From Alphaproteobacteria bacterium (lineage in GTDB: Bacteria > Pseudomonadota > Alphaproteobacteria > UBA828), in contig OZ243972.1 in the NCBI GenBank assembly GCA_965214705.1, forward strand, positions 2,048,001-2,112,000: DNA of 64,000 nucleotides. Reading direction: 5' to 3'. The translations under genes were made by a program, and so were the position numbers. Under the pieces are notes generated by a model. That model saw only the letters and a list, made by a program, of their open reading frames with translations. It was not told the DNA's origin and made no database searches. Positions within the stretch are counted from its first letter, which is position 1, and each line of letters starts with the position of its first letter. Shown here piece by piece: positions 62,351-64,000 of this stretch.

Positions 62351-62830
62351 TGGCGCGGTCATGGCAGACCCGGAAACGGGTATTCGGGCGCAGGTCGCGT
62401 ACTGAAGAAACGTGGTTCGGGAGCGCTGCCATCGGTGGGTCGTTGTCACCGATGACGCATGCAACGACGGCGCCACCGGCAAGACCGGGCGGCCGGCTCG
62501 TTAGCCGGCATCCGGCAACGAGTCATCGCCGCCAGGCGGTTTGATGATCGCTGGCGCCGAACCTGGACTTGGCAGAGACCACCCCTGCGGTTTCGAGCGC
62601 GGGGCGCGGGGCCTCTTCGGAGGTCCTTGCTTGATTCGTCCAGGCTGAAGCACACATCCGGTGGTCCGGCGGACTCGGGACGCCGTTGCCATCCGCCCGA
62701 GGTACGGTTCCGAACATGGCTCCATCAGGAGCCCCGTTGCCTTGACGGCTCCCGTCATGGTCTACGTCGTCAACGCGACGATTGACGCTTGGCAGGCCGA
62801 GAACGACGTCCTTGCAGAGAGCGAGGGGAC

Positions 62831-63077
62831 CGCGGCGCGGGAAGCCCCGACGCCGGATGCGGCGGCTGCGCGGGCGGGTTGAGACCCAGGTGCCAAGGCT
62901 TTGCCAGCGGGGCGGGAAGGGAAGCTGCCTGCGGTGGCCCCCTCACCTGTGGAGCGTCGCCCGGATTCGTGAAGTACCGAAGTACCGCCGTTGGCAAAAG
63001 ACTGCAGAGCGGTGGCGGGCGCGGTGGAACCCAACGGCGCCTGCCCGTCAGCTGCCGTCGGGGCTTCCCGCGCCGCG
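62831..63077. repeat. Nested long-range inverted repeat
   Basis: Perfect 22-bp IR CGCGGCGCGGGAAGCCCCGACG (62831-62852 / 63056-63077) with inner 11-bp stem 62900-62910 / 62988-62998. Confidence 0.75.
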
Positions 63078-63165
63078 TTTCCTGGGGGTTTCACATGACC
63101 GACATCTATCACAGCTCGATCGCATCAAATGCCATCGGCGCCAAGTCAAGGACCCTCAGGACAGG

Positions 63166-63537
63166 TCATGTCCGCAGTGTCGTCTCGTAAACTCGTCGCC
63201 GAGGCGGCCGCCTCGAAACTGACTCGGGTATCCCTAAAGCTCTCGCCCCACTTTCGGCCACGAGTCTCCTCGCGATTCCCGGTCTAATGATCTCATGGGG
63301 CGTTCGGGGCAGGCCTGGTTCCTTATCGTGTGGCAACAGACCCAACAGTGGCTTCAGTTCATCGGGATTGGAAACTTTTCGTCGCAACCGATACAGATTT
63401 CTGTTTAGTTCGTGGCGAGCCGTGCTTAGTTCATCCTCATGGAGCTGACCCTGCCTAAGCAGTTCTGCGTTCTCAACCACGGAGATCACCTTTTTTACGT
63501 CGCCGCTGCGACGCTGTTTCCAGTCGACTTCGCCTTC
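63166..63537 (-). pseudogene. 3' end of a lower-GC gene cut by the IS91-like element
   Basis: Frame open from the element junction (EGEVDWKQRRSGDVKKVISVVENAELL...) to a stop at 63166. Confidence 0.55.
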
Positions 63538-64000
63538 GGTTAAGGGTTGGGCAGGCTCTCTCTCGAGAGCCTGCCCAACCCTTTTGAACGAAGCCGCGGG
63601 CCACGAGAGGCGAAGTTGAGCTATGTGGAAAGTGCGCTGATGTCAGCGTCAGGCGGCATCCACCGGCAGCAGAGTTGCGCATAAAATCGACGCTCGCGCC
63701 GGTCTTTCGGCAGGCATGCGGGCGCACGCTGCGAGGACTGAGCGGGGTGTGAGCCGAGGGCTGTCAGCCCGGCTCAAGCGGAGACAGGTTCGGTCGTGCG
63801 TCGGCGCTTTGGCGCCGTTGCGCGGGGCCGAAGCGAGCGGGCGTCTCACGGTTTCCCCCTGTGGGTCGGCGGCAGCGCCGGCGGGCCGCGCGTCGAGCGG
63901 GGCTCATGGCGGCGGCGGATTTCGCGGACGAGGCGCATGACGCCGCCGCAGTGGGGGCAGGCCACGGGCGCGGTGCCGATCTCGGGCTCTTCGTCGGGCT
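63538..64000 (-). mobile_element. IS91-family/tyrosine recombinase element, copy 2 (partial, runs off the window)
   Basis: Matches 26007-26469 including the hairpin (63542-63583) and transposase 3' end. Confidence 0.92.

Overview
GC-rich window, probably alphaproteobacterial (RIME/REP-like palindromes, GTTC-N7-GTTC box, hemB type), in two parts. 1-18.6 kb is intact metabolic backbone: cupin, three-subunit molybdenum hydroxylase, AtuA pair, dtd, ABM monooxygenase, Tat-exported solute-binding protein, PrpD, M19 dipeptidase, LLM oxidoreductase, hemB, CoA transferase and a penicillin acylase-family gene. 18.6-64 kb is a decaying, IS-riddled genomic island. It holds an IS66 (ISBst12-type) element whose own inverted repeats enclose a DNA adenine methyltransferase coupled to the transposase, five IS1634 copies of two types (all with 4-bp target duplications), IS5, an IS1595 with a LexA-like box plus a related MITE, and two copies of a tyrosine-recombinase/IS91 element with a terminal hairpin. 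It also carries a P4-like integrase, a serine-recombinase module ending in a ParB/RepB-Cre chimera, two defence-like ATPase genes (one intact OLD-like, one shattered phosphoesterase-STAND), a triple cold-shock protein, several TA modules and remnants, and three tandem Cro-Cro-Xis paralogues. The best candidates for something undescribed are the methyltransferase-carrying IS66 and the Cro-Cro-Xis array. All calls come from motifs and boundaries read by eye; no database searches were run.
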